From positions 2,464,001-2,528,000 of the forward strand of contig OY759729.1 in assembly GCA_963662585.1 (NCBI GenBank): 64,000 nucleotides of DNA, read 5' to 3'. This DNA comes from Candidatus Cloacimonadales bacterium. Lineage in GTDB: Bacteria > Cloacimonadota > Cloacimonadia > Cloacimonadales > JAFGVF01. Below the pieces are notes generated by a model. The model saw only the letters and a list, made by a program, of their open reading frames with translations. It ran no database searches and had not been told where the DNA came from. A program made the position numbers and the translations under genes. Positions 37,874-48,385 of this stretch are shown piece after piece (positions within the stretch are counted from its first letter, which is position 1; every line of letters starts with the position of its first letter).

Positions 37874-40335
37874 TTATCATCTCCTTTTGCTGTTCTGAAC
37901 TCCATTTTGGAGATATATTTTATCTGTAGAATCGTAAATCCCATCATCAATAAACTTAGCAACCAGGCCATAGTAGTAGCGAGTCCAAACTTGAGGTAGA
38001 GATAAGCTTTTTCAAAGATTAGCAGGTCTGCAACCCGGGTTGCTTCATTAGGACCTCCAAAAGTCATAATTAAGATGAAATCACTTGATTGGGCTGCGAT
38101 AATAAAGGCTGCAATAAACTGGATTATTATTAAACCTTTAAGACTAGGTAGCACGATGTGCCAAACTTTAGCAAAGAAACCTGCTCCATCAATATCTGCT
38201 GCTTCATACATATCATTAGGAATATTCTTCAAGGCAGCCAAATATATCAAGCTACCAGGACCCATTCCTGCCCATATTCCTGGCAGAACTACACACAACA
38301 TAGCTATTGATTCATCACGAATCCACATACTTTTTGGTAAGCCAATTGACATTAATATTTGATTCAATACTCCACTATCACTAGGTGAATAGAGAAGTTT
38401 CCATAGATAGATAACAATAACCCCACTGATTACAGCTGGCAAGTAATAAATTACTCGATAGAAGAGCTTGCCATGGGAAACTTCCTGTAACAGAATTGCT
38501 AAAATAATTGGTGGAAAGAAGCCTAAACCTAAGCTTAATGACATATAATAGAGAGTTCTTCCTACTGATGCCCACCATGTAGGGTCAAATAGCACTTCAG
38601 CCAGATTGCCTACTCCGATAAATTGACTATCTCCTACTAATTTAAAGTCTTGCACTGCCATTAAAGATCCTGATATCATTGGAATATATTTCCACATAAG
38701 AATACTTATCACGGCAGGAGCTAGTAGAATAGTTATATAAAATAGATATTTATTGTTTTTCTTAGTCCTTACACTCGCTTCAGGAGTTAAGATTTTCCAA
38801 ACTCTCCACAGAGTAAAAGCAAAAGTAAGTATAATTAAAGCTGCAATAATGCCAGCAATTCTCTCCCTTTTTATCTTAACTTCTTCAGGTATAGTTCCAA
38901 TCATCTCTTCATTAGTTCTTTGCTCTGCTTCTTTTAAAACACTAAAAATTGCTTTTCTTCTCTCTTCTTTCGAGACTCCTAAAGAACCATTTAAATCAAG
39001 TTTTATCAACTCATCTAAAGGATAAGTCATAAATTCATAGACTTTTTGGCAATTGTCTCCATAAGGTTCAGGTGTTCCTTCCCTCATAGCAGTTTGAAAA
39101 GTTTCTAACCAACCTGCAGGAGCATATCTTAAATACTCTTCATAACCATATCTTTTAAGAAAAACAGGATTCTGCATCCGACCATAACCATTTTCAATCA
39201 TTATTTTCAAACGAATTTGTCTTGCTTCCTCGCTATCGTAAAACTTAATATATTTCCAAGCTGCCTCTCGAACTTCCTTTGGGTCTCTATCTCCTAATCC
39301 AGCATTATTACTTATCCCTGCTTCTGAGAATATTCCCATCATCCGACAATTTATTTCACTGCCACCCTTTCCAGATGGACCAGCAGGACTTGGAGCAAAT
39401 CCGTAAAGATTAGGATCGTATTCTCCTGACATATTTTGTTGGGAAAGATAGTCCATTCTCATACCTATTTTCCCATCTTTCCACATATAACCCCAATCAC
39501 CCTCTCTAATAGCAAAACCATTTTGTCTTCTTCCATTTGCATCTTCCCACTCGGAAGTAGTTAGCTCTAAATAGAATTCCATTGCGGTAACTCCGGCTTG
39601 ACTGGCAAAAGTGGCTTCCCAAAGCTCTTTTTCTTGATCATATTGAACCGCATCTCCACCAGCAGCCCATAAGAAAGGTAACCAATCATAAGCTGCTTGA
39701 GGTCCACTTGCTAAGATTGTACCGTAGTTGCCATTTCCAGGATCACTTAAAATCTGAGCATATTCCTTAAATTCTTGCCAATTCCTAGGTGCTTGATTAG
39801 GATCCAAACCTGCACGCTTGAATACATCTTTACGATACATTAAGACTCTAACTAGTGTTTCATAAGGAAGCATCCACACTTTCTCTTCAGAATCACCCTT
39901 CTTCTTTCTCTTTATCACTTGCCATACAGGTTTTTCTACCCTTAAATCGAAAACCTCAGATTCCTCTCTTGCCATGAATTCATCTAAGGGATATAAGAAA
40001 TTATTCTGGATATAAGTATCACTTTGTCGGAAATTAACATACATAATATCGGGAGCAACACCACCTGCAATAGCCATCAAGGGACCTGAATCTAAGTCCA
40101 TCCCATCAATTTTGATGCCAGAAAATGAGCGTAGCTCTATATCAGGATATTTCTTTTTGAAGGCTTCAATAACTGCAATATTTGCTTTGGTATAAGCATC
40201 TGTCTTGCGTGGATCAGGTAACTCAAAAACTTTTATGACAATCGGTTCAGCTCCAACAAGGGAAATATCAAAGACTAAGTTAAAAATATTTAATAAACAA
40301 AAGAAAAATAGAACTATTTTAATATATCTCATCAC
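37870..40335 (-). CDS. Fusion of an extracellular sugar-binding protein and a MalF-like ABC permease
   Basis: N-terminal SBP: AGGVAPDIMY, YRKDVFKRAGLDP..APRNWQE. C-terminal permease: YYLPAVISG, YLAALKNIP..MYEAADIDGA. Confidence 0.9.
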   Translation of the reverse strand: MMRYIKIVLFFFCLLNIFNLVFDISLVGAEPIVIKVFELPDPRKTDAYTKANIAVIEAFKKKYPDIELRSFSGIKIDGMDLDSGPLMAIAGGVAPDIMYVNFRQSDTYIQNNFLYPLDEFMAREESEVFDLRVEKPVWQVIKRKKKGDSEEKVWMLPYETLVRVLMYRKDVFKRAGLDPNQAPRNWQEFKEYAQILSDPGNGNYGTILASGPQAAYDWLPFLWAAGGDAVQYDQEKELWEATFASQAGVTAMEFYLELTTSEWEDANGRRQNGFAIREGDWGYMWKDGKIGMRMDYLSQQNMSGEYDPNLYGFAPSPAGPSGKGGSEINCRMMGIFSEAGISNNAGLGDRDPKEVREAAWKYIKFYDSEEARQIRLKIMIENGYGRMQNPVFLKRYGYEEYLRYAPAGWLETFQTAMREGTPEPYGDNCQKVYEFMTYPLDELIKLDLNGSLGVSKEERRKAIFSVLKEAEQRTNEEMIGTIPEEVKIKRERIAGIIAALIILTFAFTLWRVWKILTPEASVRTKKNNKYLFYITILLAPAVISILMWKYIPMISGSLMAVQDFKLVGDSQFIGVGNLAEVLFDPTWWASVGRTLYYMSLSLGLGFFPPIILAILLQEVSHGKLFYRVIYYLPAVISGVIVIYLWKLLYSPSDSGVLNQILMSIGLPKSMWIRDESIAMLCVVLPGIWAGMGPGSLIYLAALKNIPNDMYEAADIDGAGFFAKVWHIVLPSLKGLIIIQFIAAFIIAAQSSDFILIMTFGGPNEATRVADLLIFEKAYLYLKFGLATTMAWLLSLLMMGFTILQIKYISKMEFRTAKGDDK

Positions 40336-40726
40336 ACCTCATAGTTATTATATTTGGGATTTTTTACTTATCACAAATTTACCTTTCAAATTCTGTTCCA
40401 AGAAATAGAATAATTTTCTTAAGTGTCAAGTTTATCATAAAAATATATTTATTGAATATGACAATTACTCTATTTGTTTGGCAAATATCCTTTCACTTGC
40501 GATGATTTTTCCTTGCTTTCTAACTGCTAATCAACTGTCATCTTAAAAGATTTTCGAAGAATATTCGATGTTAGTGAGAAGGACTAGTAGTGGAGCATTT
40601 TCTGTTAGTAGGAAAAGGAGCTAGTAGGATAAGCATAAAAAAAATAAGTAAGGTTTTTTTTATAATTTCTTGACTGAAAAATTATAATGATTATAAATGG
40701 GTAAAATATTATATATAGGAGTTTAA

Positions 40727-43700
40727 ATGAAGCAAAGTAAAAAATTTAAATCTTTGTTTGGTCTGATTTTAATGGTAACAACATTATTAATTTCTAGTTG
40801 TGTACTTGATATTACAGAGGTTCATCAGCCTGAAACAGGCTATACAAATAACAAAGTAGTTACAACAATAAGAGCCAATTTTCTGCAAAGCGGAACAGCT
40901 TCTTACTTACTATCAATATTGATGCCCTTGGACTGGGAAATTGCTAATAATCAAATAACTTATAAATTTGCCAATTCTGAGCAACTATATTCTTTCAACT
41001 ATGATGCTTATAACACTAATAGAATAACAGGGCTTGAAGCAGCTCCAACTGGTTACTATTGGTGGTCTGGAATTTCAGAAGAATCAAATGTAGTTATCGG
41101 GGATAAAGCAGTAGCCTATGTTGTTTTTAATACTGGAGATGCAACAGGCGATTATAATTTAAAATATAATATTGGTGATTCTGTAGAAAATGATTTATTT
41201 GCCTACACTTCAGGCGATAAAGCGATCACGCTCACTGCTCAACCCCAAGATGCTAGCTTAAGTGATGGAAGAGTATTTCCTGAATTAAATTCTAATCCTT
41301 GGGATGTGCATTCTTTTGAAGTTATGTACAACTCTCCAAGTAGAACAATTCCGACTTCTTACAAATTATATTTAGATGAGGTGGAATATGATTTAAATCT
41401 TTTAGCTGCTTCTTATCATAATGGTAAATTTGGCTGTGATATTGATTGGATGGAAAAAGGAACTCACGAGTATTACTTCCTATTTGATAATACATTAAGA
41501 TATCCTGCAGGAAGTGAAAATTTAGAAATAACAATAAATGATATCGATGTTTATGACTTTCCTCTAACAGAAAACTTTGAAATAGATAGTCAATCTCTAC
41601 ATTCTTGGGAAATGGATGGCTATTGGCAAATTGAAGCACCAGGTGGTTATAATGGCGACCCTGCTTCTGCTTTTGAAGGAAACATCTCAGCTGGAACTAT
41701 GCTTCTTGGTGATGGATTAACCATTCCTGACTCAATTTCGATTTTAGAATCTCCAATATTTGATGCTCGCAATCAAGAAGAAGTTATCCTAAGTTTCGAC
41801 CACTATTCTATCTTTAGTCAAGACTCTTACTTAGATATAGGTATTCAATTATTTCCAAGCCAAGAGAAAATATTTCATTCTAAAATTTATACTGATTCTG
41901 ATGGTTGGAAGCATGAAATATTAAACTTATCGAATATGGCAGCTGGCCAGCTTTTTAGAGTCTATTTTTATTTTAATACAGAAGCAATTCCTTGTGCTGG
42001 AACTACTATCGATATGGTCTCTTTAGTAGCAACAGCTTATTATGATGCAGAAATGTATTTTACTAATGATATTTCAGTTGCAGATCCAGGATATAACGCT
42101 GAGTTCTTATTTGATCTAGCAAATATAGGCACAGATACTGATACTTATAGCTTTGAAATTTCCGGTATTCCTGAATACAGCTATCAACTACAAAGACAAG
42201 ATTCTGGAGCTAGCACTTGGAGTGATATTGCTTTTACCGGTTTAATTTTAGATGCTGATGGGGCTACTTCTCTTAGATTGATTTCTACAATTCCTCTTGA
42301 TCCAATTAGTGAGAGTGAAGAGATAGAGTTTGTTTTAACCAGTGATAATGGAGTAACGAATTCACAAACTTTAACAACAATGGTGAGACCTTCTATATTG
42401 GGTAATGATAATTATGGCTATATAATGTATAGCTCAGATTACTCTGATTTAGTAGAGTTTAGCTGGATAGATCCAACTAACGCAACAACTATTGAAGAAG
42501 CTGATTTGTATTCCGACACTCCTATAAATTTGGACTTTGGTTTTTCTTATTATGCTAGTAATTATTATTCTATCTATTTAACCCCTTATGCAGGAGTTTC
42601 ATTCGATTATAATAGTGGATATGATAATATAGAATCTATCCCTGGAGCTGATAGTTATAATAATCTCATTGGACTCTACTGGGGTGCACTTGCTTTGGAA
42701 AAAGGGGGAGATGCTTATTATGAGCAAGTTACTCTAGCAGGACAAGCTGCTTTTGTTCTCACTTTTGAAGATTGCTATACATCTAATGATAAGGATGAAA
42801 GCTTTAAGGCTCAACTTATTCTTTTTGAGAATGGTCAGATTAAATTCCAGTATTCAGACATTCCTGATTATGTTAGAGGAACTTACCCTTTAGTCGGAAT
42901 TGAAGATTATAATGGAACAGACGGTATCAACTTCCAAGCAGGCTTTAATGCCCTAAAAAATGATTATGCTCTTCTTTTCTCAAGTGAATTTGTCGCAAAT
43001 AATCCACAACCTGAATCTTACACTTCTACTTTATCAACAACAGATTTAAGTTGGAGTACTACAGGTGACTTCTCTACTATGAAAGTCTATTTTAAAGAGA
43101 GTTCTAACCTCTTTGAAGATAGTGATATTATCTATACAGGCGCTCCGATAGACTATCTTGCCAACAGTATTTTACCTCAACTAAATCTTAATTCTACCTA
43201 TTACTGGCAAATTGTAGGTGAAACTAGTGATGGTTATGAATTAGCTTCCCCTGTTTATGAGTTTAATACAAACCCTGGCTACCTAGCTTCTGGTACAGTT
43301 ACTGATAGTTATACAGAACTGCCTATTGAAGGAGTCTTAGTTGCTCTTATGGATCTTGAAGGAGAATTTAAAAGCTCTAGAGAATCTGTTTATACCGATG
43401 CTAATGGTTATTGGTCAATGACCTTACCTGAAAACGGCTACTATTTCGAATTTACTAAAGATGGTTATGAGACGCAAAGTCAAGTTTACTTAGGACTCTG
43501 GGAAGATACTGTTCTTGATGTCGAAATGAGCAGTGCCAGAGCCTATAATCCTAATCCTGCTAGTGGCTCTCAGAATATTAGTACCTCTCCGACTTTGAGT
43601 TGGATTAACCCTGCTAACTACAACCATACTAAAGTGGAAATAGCCACTAACGAAAATATGACTGATGCTATCCTAGCTTATGACGGTACTTTAATAGATA

Positions 43701-45097
43701 TTTTAAACAATCTACCAATACTAGAGACTTCAACTTACTATTATTGGCAAGTTACCCTTTCCCAAGACGGTTTATCAAACTTCTCAGCAAGTTATATATG
43801 GCGATTTATAACTGACTTTACTGAGGCAGTTCCAACTCCTGATTACACTGAGCAATTCTCTAATTACTCTACTAGAAAAGCCACTAAAGCTTCTTCCGGT
43901 TATTTATTACCAGGTGGAGATTTTGGAGCAGCTCAACAAATAATAAAGACTGATGAAGCAGGTAATATCGTATGGCAACATACTTATTCAACTGCAACAA
44001 GTGTATTTAGAAAAGCTATTGAGATGGATAATGGACATTACTTAGTGATAAGAGATGAAACAACTTCTTATGTCCTAGGTGAAGAGACTGGTCTTAGTGA
44101 AGTTACTTCAAGTGGAGAGATAATTTGGAATCAAAGTTACAAATACTACGAAGGTAATAACTATGCTAATGAAGATGTTGATGATGGTATCATAGACTCT
44201 TCTGGTAATGTAGTAATTTGTGGTGGAACTGGATTTGATGATTGGAATTTCCTTTTAACTAAAGCTTCATTAAATGAAAGTGATCCAATCTGGCAGAAAA
44301 GCTATGGAAATGCAGGTGCTCAAGAAAAATGTCATAGTGTTGTTGAATCTTCTTCAGGTGGATATATTATGGCAGGCTATCGTGCAGGTACTCCTACTAA
44401 TGATATAGGGAATTCTAGAATCTTAGTTATTAAAGTAAATTCAAGTGGTACAACCCAATGGGAATATGAAGAAGATAATGTCAATTCTACTGATGGCATA
44501 ACTACAACAGGTTATAAAGCAATCGAAACAAACGATGGATCAATAATCGTTGTTGGTAATGCCTATAATCATAATACTGATTTTGAAAATAATCAATCAA
44601 TCGTAATAAAGCTATCTGCTTCTGGACAAGAGTTATGGAAAAAGTACTTCCCAATTCAAGATTATGGTACTGCCAAAGATGTTGCTCTTGATGGCCATGG
44701 TAATATATTCCTAGCAGGTATTCCTGATGCAATGAAGTTGGATAGTGATGGCAACCTGCTCTGGTTCTATAATGATGAAGATTACGCAATAGGAAATGAT
44801 TTCTCAAGCATTATGATAACAGACAATGGTTTCACTATTGCAGGAGGAGACAAACTTACTATCTTCGGTGATAATACAAGTGGTCCTCTCCCAATTCCTG
44901 AGAACTTGAGTGTTACTATCATTGGTGATCAAGTAGAATTATCTTGGGGTCTTGTAACAGGGGCTACTTCTTATAGAATAGAATCCTCAACAGAACCTAA
45001 CGGAACTTATGGATATGAAGCTACTTCTCCAACAAATAGCTGGAATGGAACTAGCTCTGGAGAGAGGAAATTCTTTAGAGTTAGAGCAGAAAATTAA
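40727..45097 (+). CDS. Large multidomain surface lipoprotein (Ig/FN3-like, MAM-like, carboxypeptidase-regulatory-like, beta-propeller, FN3-like C-terminus)
   Basis: Lipobox LISSC; repeated TYYWQ FN3-type motifs; TDANGYW; propeller repeats (K..SSG...W); no FlgD-type CTD. Confidence 0.7.
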   Translation: MKQSKKFKSLFGLILMVTTLLISSCVLDITEVHQPETGYTNNKVVTTIRANFLQSGTASYLLSILMPLDWEIANNQITYKFANSEQLYSFNYDAYNTNRITGLEAAPTGYYWWSGISEESNVVIGDKAVAYVVFNTGDATGDYNLKYNIGDSVENDLFAYTSGDKAITLTAQPQDASLSDGRVFPELNSNPWDVHSFEVMYNSPSRTIPTSYKLYLDEVEYDLNLLAASYHNGKFGCDIDWMEKGTHEYYFLFDNTLRYPAGSENLEITINDIDVYDFPLTENFEIDSQSLHSWEMDGYWQIEAPGGYNGDPASAFEGNISAGTMLLGDGLTIPDSISILESPIFDARNQEEVILSFDHYSIFSQDSYLDIGIQLFPSQEKIFHSKIYTDSDGWKHEILNLSNMAAGQLFRVYFYFNTEAIPCAGTTIDMVSLVATAYYDAEMYFTNDISVADPGYNAEFLFDLANIGTDTDTYSFEISGIPEYSYQLQRQDSGASTWSDIAFTGLILDADGATSLRLISTIPLDPISESEEIEFVLTSDNGVTNSQTLTTMVRPSILGNDNYGYIMYSSDYSDLVEFSWIDPTNATTIEEADLYSDTPINLDFGFSYYASNYYSIYLTPYAGVSFDYNSGYDNIESIPGADSYNNLIGLYWGALALEKGGDAYYEQVTLAGQAAFVLTFEDCYTSNDKDESFKAQLILFENGQIKFQYSDIPDYVRGTYPLVGIEDYNGTDGINFQAGFNALKNDYALLFSSEFVANNPQPESYTSTLSTTDLSWSTTGDFSTMKVYFKESSNLFEDSDIIYTGAPIDYLANSILPQLNLNSTYYWQIVGETSDGYELASPVYEFNTNPGYLASGTVTDSYTELPIEGVLVALMDLEGEFKSSRESVYTDANGYWSMTLPENGYYFEFTKDGYETQSQVYLGLWEDTVLDVEMSSARAYNPNPASGSQNISTSPTLSWINPANYNHTKVEIATNENMTDAILAYDGTLIDILNNLPILETSTYYYWQVTLSQDGLSNFSASYIWRFITDFTEAVPTPDYTEQFSNYSTRKATKASSGYLLPGGDFGAAQQIIKTDEAGNIVWQHTYSTATSVFRKAIEMDNGHYLVIRDETTSYVLGEETGLSEVTSSGEIIWNQSYKYYEGNNYANEDVDDGIIDSSGNVVICGGTGFDDWNFLLTKASLNESDPIWQKSYGNAGAQEKCHSVVESSSGGYIMAGYRAGTPTNDIGNSRILVIKVNSSGTTQWEYEEDNVNSTDGITTTGYKAIETNDGSIIVVGNAYNHNTDFENNQSIVIKLSASGQELWKKYFPIQDYGTAKDVALDGHGNIFLAGIPDAMKLDSDGNLLWFYNDEDYAIGNDFSSIMITDNGFTIAGGDKLTIFGDNTSGPLPIPENLSVTIIGDQVELSWGLVTGATSYRIESSTEPNGTYGYEATSPTNSWNGTSSGERKFFRVRAEN

Positions 45098-45118
45098 GTA
45101 AATAAATATATAAAACGA

Positions 45119-45148
45119 AAAGGACTCTTACTAAGGTGAGAGTCCTTT
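45119..45148 (+). terminator. Intrinsic terminator
   Basis: AAAGGACTCT...AGAGTCCTTT. Confidence 0.75.
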
Positions 45149-45290
45149 ATTACTAAAAAACACAATTTTAGCTGTAAAAAAATATTTGACACTTTTCTAT
45201 ATCGGGGATAAAGAATTTTTACTAGTTGAATGTAACTATAGAATTTTCTGTTTATTCAGCTCAAATTTAAATATTTAAGAGAGGCAAACT

Positions 45291-45623
45291 ATGGCGAACT
45301 ATGGTGATTTATTGAAATGGATGGGCTCCCTTTTAGCTATTTTGTTTTTTATATCTTTAATGATTGGTACTGATTCTTCACTAGATGAAGAGCTAGAAGT
45401 ATATAAAAACATGAAAGAAAACTACAATCAAAGCCATCAGCAAAATGAAAGGACTGATTTTGAAGAAGATTATAATTCGGAAACTAATATATCGACCAAA
45501 AAAAAATCAGTTCCCTTAACTCATACTTTTGCTAGAATATTTGCTTCATTTTGGATAATAGTTTTGGCAGTAGGGATGAGAATTACAGGTAGGATTTTAA
45601 AACATAGCAAACGAATACCTTGA
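45291..45623 (+). CDS. Hypothetical two-TM membrane protein
   Basis: GAGG RBS; two hydrophobic segments around an acidic loop. Confidence 0.6.
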   Translation: MANYGDLLKWMGSLLAILFFISLMIGTDSSLDEELEVYKNMKENYNQSHQQNERTDFEEDYNSETNISTKKKSVPLTHTFARIFASFWIIVLAVGMRITGRILKHSKRIP

Positions 45624-45707
45624 AGGTTGAAAAAATAAAGAAATAATTATAAATAAATTTAAAAAATATTTGGAAAATCTCTAAAAACTATTACTATATA
45701 TATAAAT

Positions 45708-45722
45708 TTAGACTAATTCTAA
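45708..45722 (+). promoter_or_regulatory. Putative PerR/Fur box
   Basis: TTAGACT-A-ATTCTAA is a 7-1-7 inverted repeat with one mismatch to TTANAATNATTNTAA, 35 bp upstream of the Fur-family gene. Confidence 0.55.
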
Positions 45723-45756
45723 TATTGTTTAAAAAGTTAGGATAAAAAGGGGAAAA

Positions 45757-46161
45757 ATGAAAGATTACACAAAAATATTGAGAGAAAAAAGTATATCTCC
45801 CTCAATACAAAGAATTAAAATTTTAGAGTTTCTGGATAATAATAGAACTCACCCGACTGTAGATGAAATATTTACTTCCTTAATCCCTGAGATTCCTACC
45901 TTGTCTAAAATGACAATATATAATACCTTAAAGCTATTTTCTGCAAAGGGATTAATTAAGTCTATTCCTAATAGTGAAAATGTTGGACATTATGACTTTA
46001 AGGTCTCTCCACATTCTCATTTTAAGTGTAGGAAATGCAAGAAAGTCTATGATATTGATGTAGATTTAGGAGTGACCATCGGGACTGATATTGATGATTA
46101 TCAAATTGATGAATATAACCTCATTCTTGAAGGCCTATGCAAAGAGTGTAAGAATAAATAA
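45757..46161 (+). CDS. Fur family regulator, PerR-like
   Basis: QRIKIL, HPTVDEI, TIYNTL, HSHFKCRKC and C-terminal CKEC; heads an oxidative-stress cluster. Confidence 0.92.
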   Translation: MKDYTKILREKSISPSIQRIKILEFLDNNRTHPTVDEIFTSLIPEIPTLSKMTIYNTLKLFSAKGLIKSIPNSENVGHYDFKVSPHSHFKCRKCKKVYDIDVDLGVTIGTDIDDYQIDEYNLILEGLCKECKNK

Positions 46162-46222
46162 GTAATAAATAAAATAATAATAATAAAAATAGTTAGTTTA
46201 TAACTATCATTGAGGAGAGTGG

Positions 46223-47398
46223 ATGAAGCCAGTAAAGATTAAGGAAAATGTTTATTGGGTTGGTGGTGTAGATTGGGATTTAAGAAACTTCCATGGCTAT
46301 CTAACTCAAAGAGGTTCAACTTATAATTCATATTTAATAATTGATGAGAAAATAACTTTGATTGATGGAGTAAAACACTACTTATTCCCAGAATTGATTG
46401 AACGAATTTCAGAGATAGTGGATCCAGCTAAAATTGATTATATTATTCATAATCATGTTGAAATGGATCATTCAGGCTCTTTACCTAAGATGCTTCAAGT
46501 AGCTAAGAATGCTCAAATAATAGCCTCTCCTAATGGTGAGAAAGGGCTAAAAGCTCATTATGGTAATGACCTAGATATTAAAGTTGTTAAAACTGGAGAT
46601 ACCCTAAACATAGGTAAAAGAGAGCTATGCTTTGTTTTAACTCCTATGGTTCATTGGCCTGATAATATGGTAACTTGGAGTCCTCAAGACAAGATTCTTT
46701 TCTCTAATGATGCTTTCGGACAGCATATTGCATCTTCAGTTCATTTTGATGATGAATATCCTATGAACACTTTATTTGATGAAGCACAGAAGTATTATGC
46801 TAACATTGTTTTACCTTATGGGGCTCAAGTCCAAAAAGCAATGACAACTGTAAAAGAATTACAGCCTGAAGTTATTGCTCCTAGTCATGGTTTAATCTGG
46901 AGAAAACATATCTCTGAAATTATTAAAAAATATGATAAGTGGGCGTCAAATAATGCTGACGAAAAGGCAGTTATTATCTACGACACCATGTGGGGTTCTA
47001 CAAAGAAATTAGCAAATGCAATAGCAGATGGTTTTGAACATAGTAATGTTCCTTTCCAAATGTTCAATTTGCAATTTAACCACATTTCAGATATTATGAC
47101 CGAACTAGTAGAGGCCAAGTATATCTGTGTAGGTTCTCCAACTCTTAATAATAATATTCTTCCTACCAATGCTAGTTTCTTAACCTACTTAAAAGGTTTA
47201 GCTCCTAAAAATAGAGTAGCTTTAGCTTTTGGTTCTTATGGTTGGGGAGGACAGAGTATTGGCTTAGTTCGTGAAGATTTAGAAAAATGTAAATTTACTA
47301 TGTGGGATGATATCAAATATCAATATATTCCATCCCAAGAATATCTTGAAAAGGTAACAGAGACAATAATTAATAATCTAAAAGAAGAAAAGGAATAA
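46223..47398 (+). CDS. fprA: Flavodiiron protein (A-type flavoprotein)
   Basis: HVEMDH, HWPDNM, SNDAFGQH; flavodoxin domain YDTMWGST and FGSYGWGG. Confidence 0.95.
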   Translation: MKPVKIKENVYWVGGVDWDLRNFHGYLTQRGSTYNSYLIIDEKITLIDGVKHYLFPELIERISEIVDPAKIDYIIHNHVEMDHSGSLPKMLQVAKNAQIIASPNGEKGLKAHYGNDLDIKVVKTGDTLNIGKRELCFVLTPMVHWPDNMVTWSPQDKILFSNDAFGQHIASSVHFDDEYPMNTLFDEAQKYYANIVLPYGAQVQKAMTTVKELQPEVIAPSHGLIWRKHISEIIKKYDKWASNNADEKAVIIYDTMWGSTKKLANAIADGFEHSNVPFQMFNLQFNHISDIMTELVEAKYICVGSPTLNNNILPTNASFLTYLKGLAPKNRVALAFGSYGWGGQSIGLVREDLEKCKFTMWDDIKYQYIPSQEYLEKVTETIINNLKEEKE

Positions 47399-47402
47399 GG
47401 AA

Positions 47403-47918
47403 ATGATAAAAGAAAGATTAGTTAACGCAATTAATGAACAGATTAATAGAGAACTAAACTCAGAATACATCTATTTAGACATGGCAACCTATTTTGAAAG
47501 TCAAGGTCTTAAAGGTTTTGCTCAATTCTTCAAGGTTCAAGTCCAAGAAGAGAGATTTCATACTATGAAATTCTATCAATATTTAGCAGATAGAGATGGT
47601 AAGATAGTTCTAAAAGAGCTTGCTAATCCTCATCATGAATATAAAACACCTTTAGAGGTTTTTGAGAAGGCTTATGCTCATGAACAATATATAACTAAAT
47701 CAATCAATGACTTAATGTCTATTGCTATTGAAGAAAAAGATTACGCTACTGTAAGTTTACTCAATTGGTTCGTTGATGAGCAAGTTGAAGAAGAAGCTTC
47801 TATGAGCGAAATAATTGATAAATTGAAACTCATCGAAGGATCAGGTCGTGGCCATGGTCTAATGATGTTAGATAAAGAATTTGAGGCAAAAGTATTTACG
47901 CCTCCAACAACAGTTTAA
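47403..47918 (+). CDS. ftnA: Non-heme ferritin
   Basis: [23 protein letters not shown] and [10 protein letters not shown] motifs. Confidence 0.93.
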   Translation: MIKERLVNAINEQINRELNSEYIYLDMATYFESQGLKGFAQFFKVQVQEERFHTMKFYQYLADRDGKIVLKELANPHHEYKTPLEVFEKAYAHEQYITKSINDLMSIAIEEKDYATVSLLNWFVDEQVEEEASMSEIIDKLKLIEGSGRGHGLMMLDKEFEAKVFTPPTTV

Positions 47919-47956
47919 AGCTTATAGCAAAAAAAATAAATAAGGAGATATTTAAC

Positions 47957-48097
47957 ATGGAAAAATATGAATGCTTAGCATGCGGATATATCTATGATCC
48001 TGCAGAAAACAACAATGTCGCATTTGAAGATTTACCAGAAGAATGGACATGTCCTCTTTGCGGTGTTGGCAAAGATATGTTTCAAGTAGTAGAATAA
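47957..48097 (+). CDS. Rubredoxin, 46 aa (not in the ORF track)
   Basis: [56 protein letters not shown]. Confidence 0.95.
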   Translation: MEKYECLACGYIYDPAENNNVAFEDLPEEWTCPLCGVGKDMFQVVE

Positions 48098-48104
48098 TTA
48101 TAAT

Positions 48105-48134
48105 AAGAAAGGGTTGGTAACAACCCTTTCTTTT
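48105..48134 (+). terminator. Intrinsic terminator-like hairpin after the first rubredoxin
   Basis: AAGAAAGGGTTG-gtaa-CAACCCTTTCTT followed by TT. Confidence 0.75.
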
Positions 48135-48158
48135 CAATTTCTAACAATAAGGAAAATA

Positions 48159-48344
48159 ATGGATAAATATGAATGTGTTGCTTGTGGCTATATCTATGAT
48201 CCTAAAGAACATAAGGATATAGATTTCTTATCACTACCGAAAACTTTTATTTGCCCCAATTGCGGTGCTAAAATAGAGATGTTTCATAAAGTAGTAATCT
48301 TTGATAAAGAGCACTCACCCTTTTATTTTCCTCCTAAAAAATAA
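48159..48344 (+). CDS. Second rubredoxin-like protein with C-terminal extension
   Basis: [15 protein letters not shown]...FICPNCG; start moved to the ATG at 48159 after AAGGA. Confidence 0.85.
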   Translation: MDKYECVACGYIYDPKEHKDIDFLSLPKTFICPNCGAKIEMFHKVVIFDKEHSPFYFPPKK

Positions 48345-48385
48345 TAATAATATATAAAAATAGATAAACCTAGATAGGAGAAAGA

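Noticed and set aside
47952..48137. 61-aa minus-strand ORF
   Set aside because: It is antisense to the clear rubredoxin at 47957..48097.
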